Shown piece after piece: positions 7,997 to 16,657 of a stretch of DNA of 64,000 nucleotides. Made by a program: the position numbers and the translations under genes. The DNA is from an uncultured Candidatus Saccharibacteria bacterium (lineage in GTDB: Bacteria; Patescibacteriota; Minisyncoccia; Phycocordibacterales; CAYSCM01), in the NCBI GenBank assembly GCA_964429815.1, contig CAYSCM010000003.1, positions 1 to 64,000 of the forward strand, given 5' to 3'. Position 1 is the stretch's first letter. Each line of letters opens with the position of its first letter. The notes below the pieces were generated by a model. That model was not told the DNA's origin and ran no database searches. It saw nothing but the letters and a program-made list of their open reading frames with translations.

Positions 7997-8503
7997 ATGA
8001 AAAGAATGGAAGGACTTCTGTACCTCGTAGAGCGTCTGGGAGTTGCATTGACCTTCGCCGCGTCGGTGTTTTACATAGCATTTTATTTTTCCTCTATCCG
8101 CGACGGGGTTATCGACGCGACCGAGCGTCGTTTCATGCACATCGGCTACCAGTTGCTTAGGATAGGGATGGGTTTTATCGTCACGACTTCCCTCATCGCT
8201 CTTTTGCGCGCCCTTATTGGCGGGAGCCACCTCAGCGACTTGTTCTGGTTCTTACTCTTCCTTCTTGCGGTCATGCTCGGCAACGAGGTTCTCCTCGCCC
8301 TTCACCGCGAGCCCAACTGGCTCTCCCCCTTCCTTCAGGCCTCATCCTGGTACGCCTACTTCACGGCCTATACGCTTATGCCGACCTCTTCGTTCCTGAC
8401 ACTTGTCGTCTACTATCTGGTCTGGCTCCTCGTCGCGCTCGTCGCATTCAATCTCATCAAGGCACGTATTGCTACGCAAGCGCTACCTCCGACTATCACG
8501 TAA
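7997..8503 (+). CDS. hypothetical membrane protein (4–5 TM)
   Basis: 168 aa, very hydrophobic. Overlaps the next gene start. Confidence 0.55.
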   Translation: MKRMEGLLYLVERLGVALTFAASVFYIAFYFSSIRDGVIDATERRFMHIGYQLLRIGMGFIVTTSLIALLRALIGGSHLSDLFWFLLFLLAVMLGNEVLLALHREPNWLSPFLQASSWYAYFTAYTLMPTSSFLTLVVYYLVWLLVALVAFNLIKARIATQALPPTIT

Positions 8504-9081
8504 TGGCTTCTAAAAAAGTACTGGTGATTCTTGGACATCCCGACAGCGACTCGCTCTCCGGGCATTATGCCGATCGGTATGAAAAAGGGGCGCGGCTCGC
8601 CGGCCATGAGGTCGTGCGGGTAAATCTCGCCGACCTCAGGTTCAATCCCATACTTCACAGAGGCTACAAGGTGATCCAGGAGCTCGAGCCCGATCTTCAC
8701 CGCTTGCAGGAAAAGATAAAATGGTGCGATACGTTTTTCCTCATTTATCCAAACTGGTGGGGGACCATGCCAGCACTTCTTAAGGGCATGTTCGACCGCG
8801 TATGGCTTCCGGGTTTCGCATTCCGCTTTCACAAGACAGGTCTCGGATGGGATAAACTCCTCGACGGGAGGCGCGCTCGGGTCGTTATTCTCACCGGGAC
8901 GCACCCGTGGCTCATTCACCTCATGTTTGGCGACTTCACCAATGAGGTGTGCCGGGTCATATTAGGCTTCAGCGGCTTTAGGGTACGTCTCTCGACATTT
9001 GGCCCCTCCGAAAGGGTGTCCGCCGCGAAGCATGAGCACTGGGCGCAAAAGATCGAGCGGCTTGGTCGACGTGCGATATAG
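8503..9081 (+). CDS. flavodoxin-like fold NAD(P)H dehydrogenase (quinone)/FMN reductase family
   Basis: N-terminal [16 protein letters not shown] and [22 protein letters not shown] match the Flavodoxin_2 / NQO-type family. Confidence 0.75.
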   Translation: MASKKVLVILGHPDSDSLSGHYADRYEKGARLAGHEVVRVNLADLRFNPILHRGYKVIQELEPDLHRLQEKIKWCDTFFLIYPNWWGTMPALLKGMFDRVWLPGFAFRFHKTGLGWDKLLDGRRARVVILTGTHPWLIHLMFGDFTNEVCRVILGFSGFRVRLSTFGPSERVSAAKHEHWAQKIERLGRRAI

Positions 9082-9119
9082 ATTGCAAACTCGTATAAAA
9101 AGCTTTTAAATCAACGGCC

Positions 9120-10217
9120 ATGTCGCTCTCGATCGGCATCGTCGGTCTCCCCAACGTCGGCAAATCGACCCTTTTTAACGCGCTTACGCGAAAAGGTGTC
9201 CTTATCGCGAACTACCCCTTTGCCACCATCGACCCTTCAGTTGGCGTCGTTATGGTCCCAGATCCACGCCTCGAAAAACTTTCCCACCTTAGCGGCTCAA
9301 AGAAGACCATTCCTGCCGCGATCGAATTTGTCGACATCGCCGGGCTCGTACGAGGCGCCTCCGAGGGCGAGGGGTTGGGGAATCAGTTCCTAGCCAACAT
9401 TCGCGAGGTTGATGCCATTGCTGAGCTTGTGCGCATCTTCGACGATCCGGATATCACCCACGTCCATGGGGAAGTGGACCCTCTCTCCGACATCGAAGTC
9501 ATAAACGCCGAACTCGCGCTTGCCGACCTTCAAACCGTCGAGAGACGCCGCGGCGGTATTTTGCGCGAGATAAAACGGGCAGAAAAAGGAGCACTCGAGG
9601 AGGATGCGCTTCTTGTCCGTCTCGAGCAGGCATTGCGCACCGGAAAGCTTGCCGCAGACGTCGACACAAACGAGAAAGAAAGCGCATTTCTAAAGTCGCT
9701 TCACCTCCTCACCGCAAAGCCGATCCTCTACGTGCTCAACAAAAAATCCGGGGGAAATAATCTTGACGAGCTCAATGATGGCCGGTTCGAACGCCTGCGA
9801 GCGCACCTTGAGAGGGAGGGCGCCCTGTGGGTAGTAGTCGATGCCAACGTCGAGCACGAACTCTCCGATATCGCGACCAGCGACAAAGCCGGATTCCGCC
9901 AAGAGTTCGGCGTTCACGAGGACGGCATTGATAATCTTATTCGTGCGGCCTACGAGCTCTTGGGACTTATGAGCTATTTCACGACTGGTGAAGAAGAGAC
10001 TCGTGCCTGGACCGTGAAGCGCGGGTCGACCGCTCCGCAGGCGGGTGCGGCCATCCATACGGATTTCAAAACGAAATTCATCAAGGCGGAAGTCGTTCCG
10101 TACGAAAAGCTCATGGAGGCCGGTTCCTTCGCCAAAGCGCGCGAAAAAGGCTGGGTACGCACGGAGGGAAGGGAGTACGTCGTGCACGATGGAGATGTGA
10201 TCGAGTTTAAAATTTAG
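9120..10217 (+). CDS. ychF: ribosome-binding ATPase YchF (Obg family GTPase)
   Basis: G1 [16 protein letters not shown]-terminal domain ([11 protein letters not shown]), 365 aa. Confidence 0.9.
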   Translation: MSLSIGIVGLPNVGKSTLFNALTRKGVLIANYPFATIDPSVGVVMVPDPRLEKLSHLSGSKKTIPAAIEFVDIAGLVRGASEGEGLGNQFLANIREVDAIAELVRIFDDPDITHVHGEVDPLSDIEVINAELALADLQTVERRRGGILREIKRAEKGALEEDALLVRLEQALRTGKLAADVDTNEKESAFLKSLHLLTAKPILYVLNKKSGGNNLDELNDGRFERLRAHLEREGALWVVVDANVEHELSDIATSDKAGFRQEFGVHEDGIDNLIRAAYELLGLMSYFTTGEEETRAWTVKRGSTAPQAGAAIHTDFKTKFIKAEVVPYEKLMEAGSFAKAREKGWVRTEGREYVVHDGDVIEFKI

Positions 10218-10219
10218 GG

Positions 10220-10680
10220 AGTTGTGTCCTAATGTTGAAAAACTAACGCTAGACAATCGATATTCTCGTATGTCTAGTTGTCAGGAGTGGCGATCGGTGT
10301 GGACTCACGCGCAGTCTAAGGTAGCCTTTGGGCTGGTTCGCCGCGCGGTTCACACCGCGCAGCGTCGCAGCTGCAAGGCTGCCCCCAGTTCTCTCGCGAC
10401 CCTTGGCGGGATGTGAGGAAAGAATAACGCAGCGCGACGATGTAACCTCGAGGACGCATCGTCACACGTGGATGGAGTCCCGATTCTAGCCTCACGGCGA
10501 AAGATCTGAGGGTTCTCTCTGCGAGCTGGCAGTCGTCAATGACGGGCGACGCAATCTTCTAGAACGCTATTCCCAGCGTTCGGGCCCTCAAAGCCCAGCG
10601 CGCCTCACTCCCCGGTCGTACCGCCGGCCTCAAACCGGCATACGGGCCCTTCGCACTCACTGCGAAGGGCCCTTTTACGT
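10220..10680 (+). ncRNA. candidate structured non-coding RNA (class unknown), ending in an intrinsic terminator
   Basis: About 460 nt with no ORF over 64 aa in any frame. High GC with many local hairpins (GCGCGG-TTCACA-CCGCGC, GACGATG...CATCGTC, GTCG...CGAC). Strong terminator at the 3' end. No RNase P (P4) or tmRNA signature found by eye. Confidence 0.4.
10645..10680 (+). terminator. rho-independent terminator
   Basis: GGGCCCTTCGCA-CTCACT-GCGAAGGGCCCTTTTACG. Confidence 0.8.
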
Positions 10681-10785
10681 TCCGATGCTTTTTGTGAGAT
10701 ACGATACAAATAAGTGGAAAGTGGAGAGGACACCAAAAGAGTAGCGGGGTATACTAAGGTGGACATTTAGCCATAACCTTTTTCT

Positions 10786-11289
10786 ATGGCAGGAATAACA
10801 AAAAATATCTGGATTCTTATCGGAGTGCTTGTCGTTGTCGCAATAGCGCTCGCGTGGGCGTTCGGTTCGGGGAATGGCACGGCAGTGCCCCTCTCCACTG
10901 AACAAACGACCGCAGGGCAGCAATCAGCCTCATCGCAAACATCTCCGACACAAGCGACCACTCAAAAGACGGGAGCCAATACCGCAGGTACAGTCACGGG
11001 CCGGATCGGTACCATGATCACTTACACCAGTAAAGGCTTTTCGCCGGCCTACCTTGAGATAAAAGTGGGTAAGGTGATCACGTTCATCAATAAGAGCAGT
11101 GGGGCGATGCGGGTCATTTCGACCCAGGTGCCGCTCATCGATGGGCTGCCAAACCCGGGCTTTGACGAAGGAAATCCCGTCGGATTAAACGGGACCTACA
11201 CCTTCAACCTCTCCGCTCCCGGAGAGTGGCACTACAAAAGTTTCTACAGGCCTGATTTTACGGGCGTCATCGTAGTCACGTCACAATAA
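10786..11289 (+). CDS. secreted cupredoxin-like fold protein (no copper ligand set)
   Basis: Signal/TM anchor and S/T/Q-rich linker. C-terminal beta-rich domain resembling plastocyanin-like domains (EIKVGKVITFINKSSGAMRV...GEWHYKS) but lacking the Cys and Met ligands. Confidence 0.5.
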   Translation: MAGITKNIWILIGVLVVVAIALAWAFGSGNGTAVPLSTEQTTAGQQSASSQTSPTQATTQKTGANTAGTVTGRIGTMITYTSKGFSPAYLEIKVGKVITFINKSSGAMRVISTQVPLIDGLPNPGFDEGNPVGLNGTYTFNLSAPGEWHYKSFYRPDFTGVIVVTSQ

Positions 11290-11307
11290 ATCGGGTACGA
11301 TAGGCAC

Positions 11308-12258
11308 ATGAATCCCGAGGTCAAGCCACGCATGACCCCCAAGGATTTTTTCCTTTGGGTCGGCGCCATGGTCACGCTCTACGGCAGCGTCGTTGCGTTC
11401 ATTGCGCTCCTCTTTCAGTACATCGATTATGCCTATCCAGATAACCTACAGGCGTACATCGACCCCTACTCGGGTGCCATTCGCATTTCGATGGCCTCCC
11501 TCATCGTTCTTTTCCCGATATTCCTCCTCCTCATGCGGCTCATTCGTCGAAGTGTCGTCGTCGACCCCACCCGGGTCGATATATGGATACGCCGATGGGC
11601 CCTCTACCTCACGCTTTTCATAGCGGGAGTGACGCTCGCTATTGACCTTATCACCCTTATCAATACGTTCCTCGGCGGGGATCTTACGACACGGTTTGTA
11701 CTCAAGGTCGTCGTCGTATTTCTTGTCATCGGTGCAGGGTTCCTCCATTTCCTCTCAGACTTGTGGGGCTACTGGAACCGCTACCCGTCGCGTGCCCGTT
11801 CCGTCGGTTACGCGGCCGTCATTGCCATTATTGCTGCTATCGTCGGAGGGTTCCTTATCATCGGCTCTCCAAGCTCGCAACGATACATGCGTTTTGATGC
11901 GCAGAAGGTAAGTGACCTCCAGAGCATTCAGTGGCAGATCGTCTCATATTGGCAGCAGAAGCAAAAGTTGCCCGGGAAACTCAGCGACCTCGAGGACCCC
12001 ATCCAAGGTTTTATAGTTCCCAAGGACCCCCAGGGTAGCGTGCAGTACGCCTACACCTCGACCGGCCCGCTGTCGTTTACTCTCTGCGCATTGTTTAATC
12101 GCGCCAATGCGACTGGTCAGGGGGTTTCAACCGAACCGGCGCGCTCCCCCTCCGTGGGTATTGATGAAAATTGGGCGCACACTGCAGGCAAGGTATGTTT
12201 TGAGCGCACGATCGATCCTGAGCGTTATCCACCGTTTCAAAAAACAAAAGCTTTTTAG
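11308..12258 (+). CDS. hypothetical membrane protein (5–6 TM and C-terminal soluble domain)
   Basis: 316 aa with multiple hydrophobic helices. The C-terminal about 110 aa are hydrophilic. Confidence 0.55.
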   Translation: MNPEVKPRMTPKDFFLWVGAMVTLYGSVVAFIALLFQYIDYAYPDNLQAYIDPYSGAIRISMASLIVLFPIFLLLMRLIRRSVVVDPTRVDIWIRRWALYLTLFIAGVTLAIDLITLINTFLGGDLTTRFVLKVVVVFLVIGAGFLHFLSDLWGYWNRYPSRARSVGYAAVIAIIAAIVGGFLIIGSPSSQRYMRFDAQKVSDLQSIQWQIVSYWQQKQKLPGKLSDLEDPIQGFIVPKDPQGSVQYAYTSTGPLSFTLCALFNRANATGQGVSTEPARSPSVGIDENWAHTAGKVCFERTIDPERYPPFQKTKAF

Positions 12259-12261
12259 AGA

Positions 12262-12292
12262 AACACCCCGGATTATCTCCGGGGTGTATTTT
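12262..12292. terminator. bidirectional terminator
   Basis: AACACCCCGGA-GATAATC-TCCGGGGTGTATTTTG between convergent genes. Confidence 0.75.
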
Positions 12293-12584
12293 GAAGGTCT
12301 AGCCAACCGTTCCACCAGCTTATTCCCACCAGGACTATTGCTAAAGCGATCAGCATCAGTGGAGTAAGCCACAGATTTAGAAAGAAAAGAACGACGCCTA
12401 TTGCCGCCGAAGTCACAGCAAACGCAATAAATGGCGTGTGCTCCCTCGCCTCGACGAACAGGGTTATCGATAGCTGGAAGATGAGATAAATCAAGAAGGT
12501 AAGCACATAGTCTTGCCAGATGACAGCACTCATCGAAACCTCCTTAATCGACCCACCAAATTCGATGCTAGCAATAAGTTGCAT
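12273..12584 (-). CDS. small membrane protein (hypothetical)
   Basis: 103-aa ORF with three hydrophobic helices. True start may be the internal MSAVIW (about 12533). Confidence 0.5.
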   Translation of the reverse strand: MQLIASIEFGGSIKEVSMSAVIWQDYVLTFLIYLIFQLSITLFVEAREHTPFIAFAVTSAAIGVVLFFLNLWLTPLMLIALAIVLVGISWWNGWLDLQNTPRR

Positions 12585-12626
12585 TTTTGCAAGGCTGTGG
12601 CCTTATGCTACGCTTTGAAAATCGTT

Positions 12627-15515
12627 ATGGAAAAGTACGACCCCGCAGGGATAGAAAAAAAATGGCAAGACCGCTGGGACGAGGAGCAACTCTATAAAAC
12701 GCCGGAAAAACCTGGCAAGGATAAATATTACACACTCGTTATGTACCCCTATCCCTCGGGAGACGGGCTCCATGTCGGGCACGTCGAGAGCTACACCGCG
12801 GCGGACATCGTCGCGCGATACACTCGCATGAAGGGAAAAAAAGTGCTCAACCCGATGGGATGGGATGCGTTCGGGCTACCCGCGGAGAACTACGCAATTA
12901 AGACAAAGATCCATCCACGGATAACTACAGAAAAAGCCATCGAGAATTTCCGCCGGCAGATTAAATCCCTCGGCCTCTCCTATGACTGGAGTCGTGAGAT
13001 CGGCACGCACACTCCCGAGTACTACAAGTGGACGCAATGGTTTTTCCTGCTTCTCTATAAAAAAGGTCTTGCGGAGCGCAAATATGCAAAGGTCAACTGG
13101 TGCCCTAAGGACCAGACCGTACTCGCGAATGAGCAGGTCGTTGACGGACACTGCGAGCGCTGCGGGACAGCGGTAATTCAAAGGGATCTTGAGCAATGGT
13201 TTTTCAAAATCACAAAATACGCGGAAGAACTTCTTGCCGATCTGGATCTTATTGATTGGCCGGAGTCCACTAAGGCTGTCCAGCGTCATTGGATAGGTAA
13301 ATCGGAGGGAGCAGAGATTGACTTCGAATTGAAATTTCTCAAAAATCCCGCTGATAATGAACGCCGCGACCCAGAGGGGAAGAAGGCTCACCTTAGCGTT
13401 TTCACCACACGTCCTGATACCCTCTACGGGGCGACCTACCTCGTGCTCTCTCCGGAGCATTTGTGGGTTACGCTCGCGACCGATGATCAGCACGACGCAC
13501 TCCTTAATGCAGATGAGGTCAAAAAATATGTCGAAGAGAGCGCCAAAAAAACCGAGCTTGAGCGTACAGGCCTCAATAAAGATAAAACTGGCGTAAAAAT
13601 CGAGGGAGTTGTTGCCATCAATCCTGCGACGAAAGAAGAAATCCCCATTTTTGTGTCTGATTTCGTACTTGCACAGTACGGCACCGGAGCCCTTATGGCC
13701 GTACCGGCTCACGACGAGCGCGACTTTGAGTTTGCGCAAAAGTTTAATCTGCCGATTCGCTATGTGGTAAAACCGCAGCGCGTCGATTACAAAAATCCGC
13801 ATCGGAGCAGGAAGGAGATGACGCGACGCAACATTATCATTGGCATTGTGCGCGATCCGAAAGCAGAAAAATACCTGGTTCTCAAGTGGCGTAAGCAGCC
13901 GTGGACCACCTTTATCACGGGCGGAGTTGAAGAAGGGGAGGATATTGTAGAAGCGGCGAAGCGCGAAATCACCGAAGAAACCGGGTACAAGAATCTAAAG
14001 CTTGTCCGCGTGCTCGGTGGACCGACCGAGGCGCACTTTTTTGCGGCGCACAAGGATGTCAATCGCATCACGGAAGCGAATCCCATTCTTTTTGAAATTG
14101 AAAATGAGGAACGGATTCCTCTCGGCGCCGAAGATGTCGATCAGTACGATATGGCGTGGCTTACGCTCTCTCAACTTAAAGCTGCAGGGCTTCAGCATGC
14201 CGAGTCGGATATTATTCTTAGTCGCCTTGAGACCGGCATTGATGTATATACGGGTCCAGGTATTCTCATCAACTCTGGCACGTTTAATGGAAAGGAAAAC
14301 GAGTCTTCAAAAAAAGCGATTGTAGCCTCTGTTAAAGGCCATCTAAAAACCACGTATCGCCTTCGTGATTGGCTGGTATCCCGCCAGCGTTATTGGGGTG
14401 CCCCTATCCCCATCATCTACTGCGAGAAATGTGGTATGCAGCCGGTCCCCGAGAAGGATTTGCCGGTGCTCCTCCCCGACGATGTCGATTTCATGCCGAC
14501 CGGCGAGTCACCGCTTGCGCGCTCGAAAAGTTTCCATGACGTGACATGTCCTAAGTGCAAAGGCTCGGCGCGACGTGAATCGGATACCATGGACACGTTT
14601 GTCTGCTCGAGTTGGTATTACTTCCGATTTGCCGATCCGCATAACCATAAAGAGTTCGCTTCGAAAGGTGAAATAAAAAAATGGCTCCCGGTCGATCTCT
14701 ATGTTGGTGGGGCGGAGCACACCGTACTGCATCTGCTCTATTCGCGCTTTTTTACCAAAGCGTTGCGAGACTTTCACTATGTGAATTTTCCCGAGCCGTT
14801 TCTCAAGCTGCGCCATCAGGGCATTATTCTCGCTGAGGATGGACGCAAGATGAGCAAGTCGCTTGGCAACGTGGTGAATCCCGATGACATCGTCGCGCGC
14901 TTTGGTGCCGATTCGATGCGCCTCCATGAGATGTTTTTGGGACCTCTCGAAATAGAAAAGCCCTGGAGCACCAAAAATATTATCGGGGTGCGACGTTTTA
15001 TTGAGCGTGTTTGGAAGCTCCGTGAGAGCGTTACCCCAACAGGAAAGCTCTCTAAGGCTGTCGATGTGGAGCTCAACCGCACCATTAAGAAGGTGGGTGA
15101 AGATATTGAAGGGTTTAAGTTCAATACGGCAGTGAGTCAACTTATGATCCTCACGAATGCACTTGAGACCGAGCGGCAAATACCGGTTTTGGCCTACAAG
15201 AATCTCTTGCGTATTCTTGCGCCTTTTGCTCCCCACGTGACTGAAGAACTCTGGGAGAGTTTCGGCGAAGGAGAGTCGATACACAAAGAAAATTGGCCCC
15301 CCTTCGATAAGGGAAAACTGGTGAGCGACACGCTAACCATCGCAGTGTTGGTATCGGGAAAGGTTCGGGCGACACTAGCTGTCCCGGTTGGAGCAGCTGA
15401 GCCAGAGATCGAGTCCCTAGCGAGAAAGCTACCCGAGCTCGGGAAGTGGATGGGCGGTAGGATACCTAAACGGGTGATCCACGTGCCCGGAAAGCTTGTC
15501 AATTTCGTCCTGTAG
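12627..15515 (+). CDS. leuS: leucyl-tRNA synthetase with a NUDIX hydrolase domain inserted in the CP1/editing region
   Basis: Start at MEKYDPAGIEKKWQ (the track ORF opens at 12513, but homology begins here). HVGH, editing-domain TTRPDTLYGATY and GTGALMAVPAHDERDFEFA, Zn-knuckle CEKCG...CPKCKG, KMSKS. Between ...NLPIRYVVKP and GILINSGTFNG, about 160 extra aa carry a perfect Nudix box GGVEEGEDIVEAAKREITEETGY. Confidence 0.9.
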   Translation: MEKYDPAGIEKKWQDRWDEEQLYKTPEKPGKDKYYTLVMYPYPSGDGLHVGHVESYTAADIVARYTRMKGKKVLNPMGWDAFGLPAENYAIKTKIHPRITTEKAIENFRRQIKSLGLSYDWSREIGTHTPEYYKWTQWFFLLLYKKGLAERKYAKVNWCPKDQTVLANEQVVDGHCERCGTAVIQRDLEQWFFKITKYAEELLADLDLIDWPESTKAVQRHWIGKSEGAEIDFELKFLKNPADNERRDPEGKKAHLSVFTTRPDTLYGATYLVLSPEHLWVTLATDDQHDALLNADEVKKYVEESAKKTELERTGLNKDKTGVKIEGVVAINPATKEEIPIFVSDFVLAQYGTGALMAVPAHDERDFEFAQKFNLPIRYVVKPQRVDYKNPHRSRKEMTRRNIIIGIVRDPKAEKYLVLKWRKQPWTTFITGGVEEGEDIVEAAKREITEETGYKNLKLVRVLGGPTEAHFFAAHKDVNRITEANPILFEIENEERIPLGAEDVDQYDMAWLTLSQLKAAGLQHAESDIILSRLETGIDVYTGPGILINSGTFNGKENESSKKAIVASVKGHLKTTYRLRDWLVSRQRYWGAPIPIIYCEKCGMQPVPEKDLPVLLPDDVDFMPTGESPLARSKSFHDVTCPKCKGSARRESDTMDTFVCSSWYYFRFADPHNHKEFASKGEIKKWLPVDLYVGGAEHTVLHLLYSRFFTKALRDFHYVNFPEPFLKLRHQGIILAEDGRKMSKSLGNVVNPDDIVARFGADSMRLHEMFLGPLEIEKPWSTKNIIGVRRFIERVWKLRESVTPTGKLSKAVDVELNRTIKKVGEDIEGFKFNTAVSQLMILTNALETERQIPVLAYKNLLRILAPFAPHVTEELWESFGEGESIHKENWPPFDKGKLVSDTLTIAVLVSGKVRATLAVPVGAAEPEIESLARKLPELGKWMGGRIPKRVIHVPGKLVNFVL

Positions 15516-15585
15516 CGAGGAGCTTGACGGGGCGTCTCGATAGTGATAAAAATTATCCGATAGATTTAAAGAGCTGGGAAGAGCT

Positions 15586-16611
15586 ATGCAAATGAGCCTC
15601 AAACCGAAAATCGTCGTTAAGCGCCTCCTGGCGGCGCTTCCGGAGCGCGCTCGAGACGTTCTTATCGGCCGCTACGGTCTGGGGCCCGATGCGTCGCGTA
15701 TGACTCTCGAGGCAATAGGGGAAAAATACGACATCACGAGGGAGCGTGTGCGCCAGATAGAAAATTACGCCATCGCGACCATAAAAAAGTCCGAAACGTT
15801 CAAGAAGGAGGGGACTGCATTTTCCGAACTCCATGCAGTGATCGATGGCATGGGAGCCATCGTGCCGGAGGATGAGCTTCTCGAAAATCTCTCGAAAGAC
15901 GAGAGCACTCGCAACCACCTCCTCCTTCTTTTGGTCCTTGGTGACCAATTCAAGCGTCTCAAAGAGGACGAGGAATGCGAAACCTGCTGGGTTATCGACC
16001 CCGAGCTCGAGCGGCGCGTGCGCGGCTCCATGCGAAAAATCTACGAAAAACTCGCCGATGACGAGCTTATTCCCGAAGGGCAGCTCATTGACTCCTTCCT
16101 CAACGAAATGAAGGACCTCAACCAGAAATACAAGGACCAGGAGGTCGTAAAACGTTGGCTTTCGACCAGTAAAAAGATCGGCCGCAACCCCTTGGGCGAA
16201 TGGGGCCGTTCTCACTCGCCTAACGTGAAAGTGAAGGGCATGCGTGACTACGCGTATCTTGCCATCAAGCGCCACGGCTCCCCGATGCACTTTCGGGAAG
16301 TTGCCAAGGCCATCGAGCGGCTTTTTGGAAAGCGCGCGCACGAGGCAACCACTCACAATGAGCTCATCAAAGATCAGCGTTTCGTCCTCGTCGGCAGAGG
16401 TCTTTATGCGCTCAAGGAGTGGGGCTACAGCGCCGGCGTCGTGAAAGATGTCATCCGCGACGTACTCAAGAAATTCGGGCCTCTCTCTCGCGAAGAGGTC
16501 ATCGACAGGGTCAAAAAGGAGCGCTACGTCAAGGACAATACTATCGTCGTCAACCTTCAAGACCCGGCGACCTTCCGAAAGACCAAGGACGGCAAATACG
16601 CACTGGCTTAA
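15586..16611 (+). CDS. sigma-70 region-4 domain / HARE-HTH domain fusion protein (minimal sigma-like factor)
   Basis: N-terminal residues about 10–70 match sigma-70 region 4.1/4.2 (ERARDVLIGRYGL...MTLEAIGEKYDITRERVRQIENYAIATIKK). C-terminal winged-HTH of HARE type (YAYLAIKRHGSPMHFREVAKAI...QRFVLVGRGLYALKEWGY). No region 2. Terminator follows. Confidence 0.75.
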   Translation: MQMSLKPKIVVKRLLAALPERARDVLIGRYGLGPDASRMTLEAIGEKYDITRERVRQIENYAIATIKKSETFKKEGTAFSELHAVIDGMGAIVPEDELLENLSKDESTRNHLLLLLVLGDQFKRLKEDEECETCWVIDPELERRVRGSMRKIYEKLADDELIPEGQLIDSFLNEMKDLNQKYKDQEVVKRWLSTSKKIGRNPLGEWGRSHSPNVKVKGMRDYAYLAIKRHGSPMHFREVAKAIERLFGKRAHEATTHNELIKDQRFVLVGRGLYALKEWGYSAGVVKDVIRDVLKKFGPLSREEVIDRVKKERYVKDNTIVVNLQDPATFRKTKDGKYALA

Positions 16612-16640
16612 AAGAGACCGCAATAGGTCTCTTTTTTGAT
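16612..16640 (+). terminator. rho-independent terminator
   Basis: AAAAGAGACC-GCAAT-AGGTCTCTTTTTTGAT. Confidence 0.8.
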
Positions 16641-16657
16641 ATGATGAGCACATCCAC

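Noticed and set aside
10220-10680. RNase P RNA or tmRNA identity for the ORF-free structured region
   Set aside because: I could not find P4/CR-I (GGAAAGUCCGGGC) or CR-IV (ACAGAANCCGGCUUA). I also found no tmRNA 5' GGGG/3' T-arm-CCA frame and no tag-peptide reading frame ending in ..AA-stop. Kept as ncRNA of unknown class.
12876-13802. 308-aa - strand ORF
   Set aside because: It lies inside leuS, antisense to conserved LeuRS motifs. High-GC artefact.
14508-15284. 258-aa - strand ORF
   Set aside because: Antisense to the C-terminal half of leuS.
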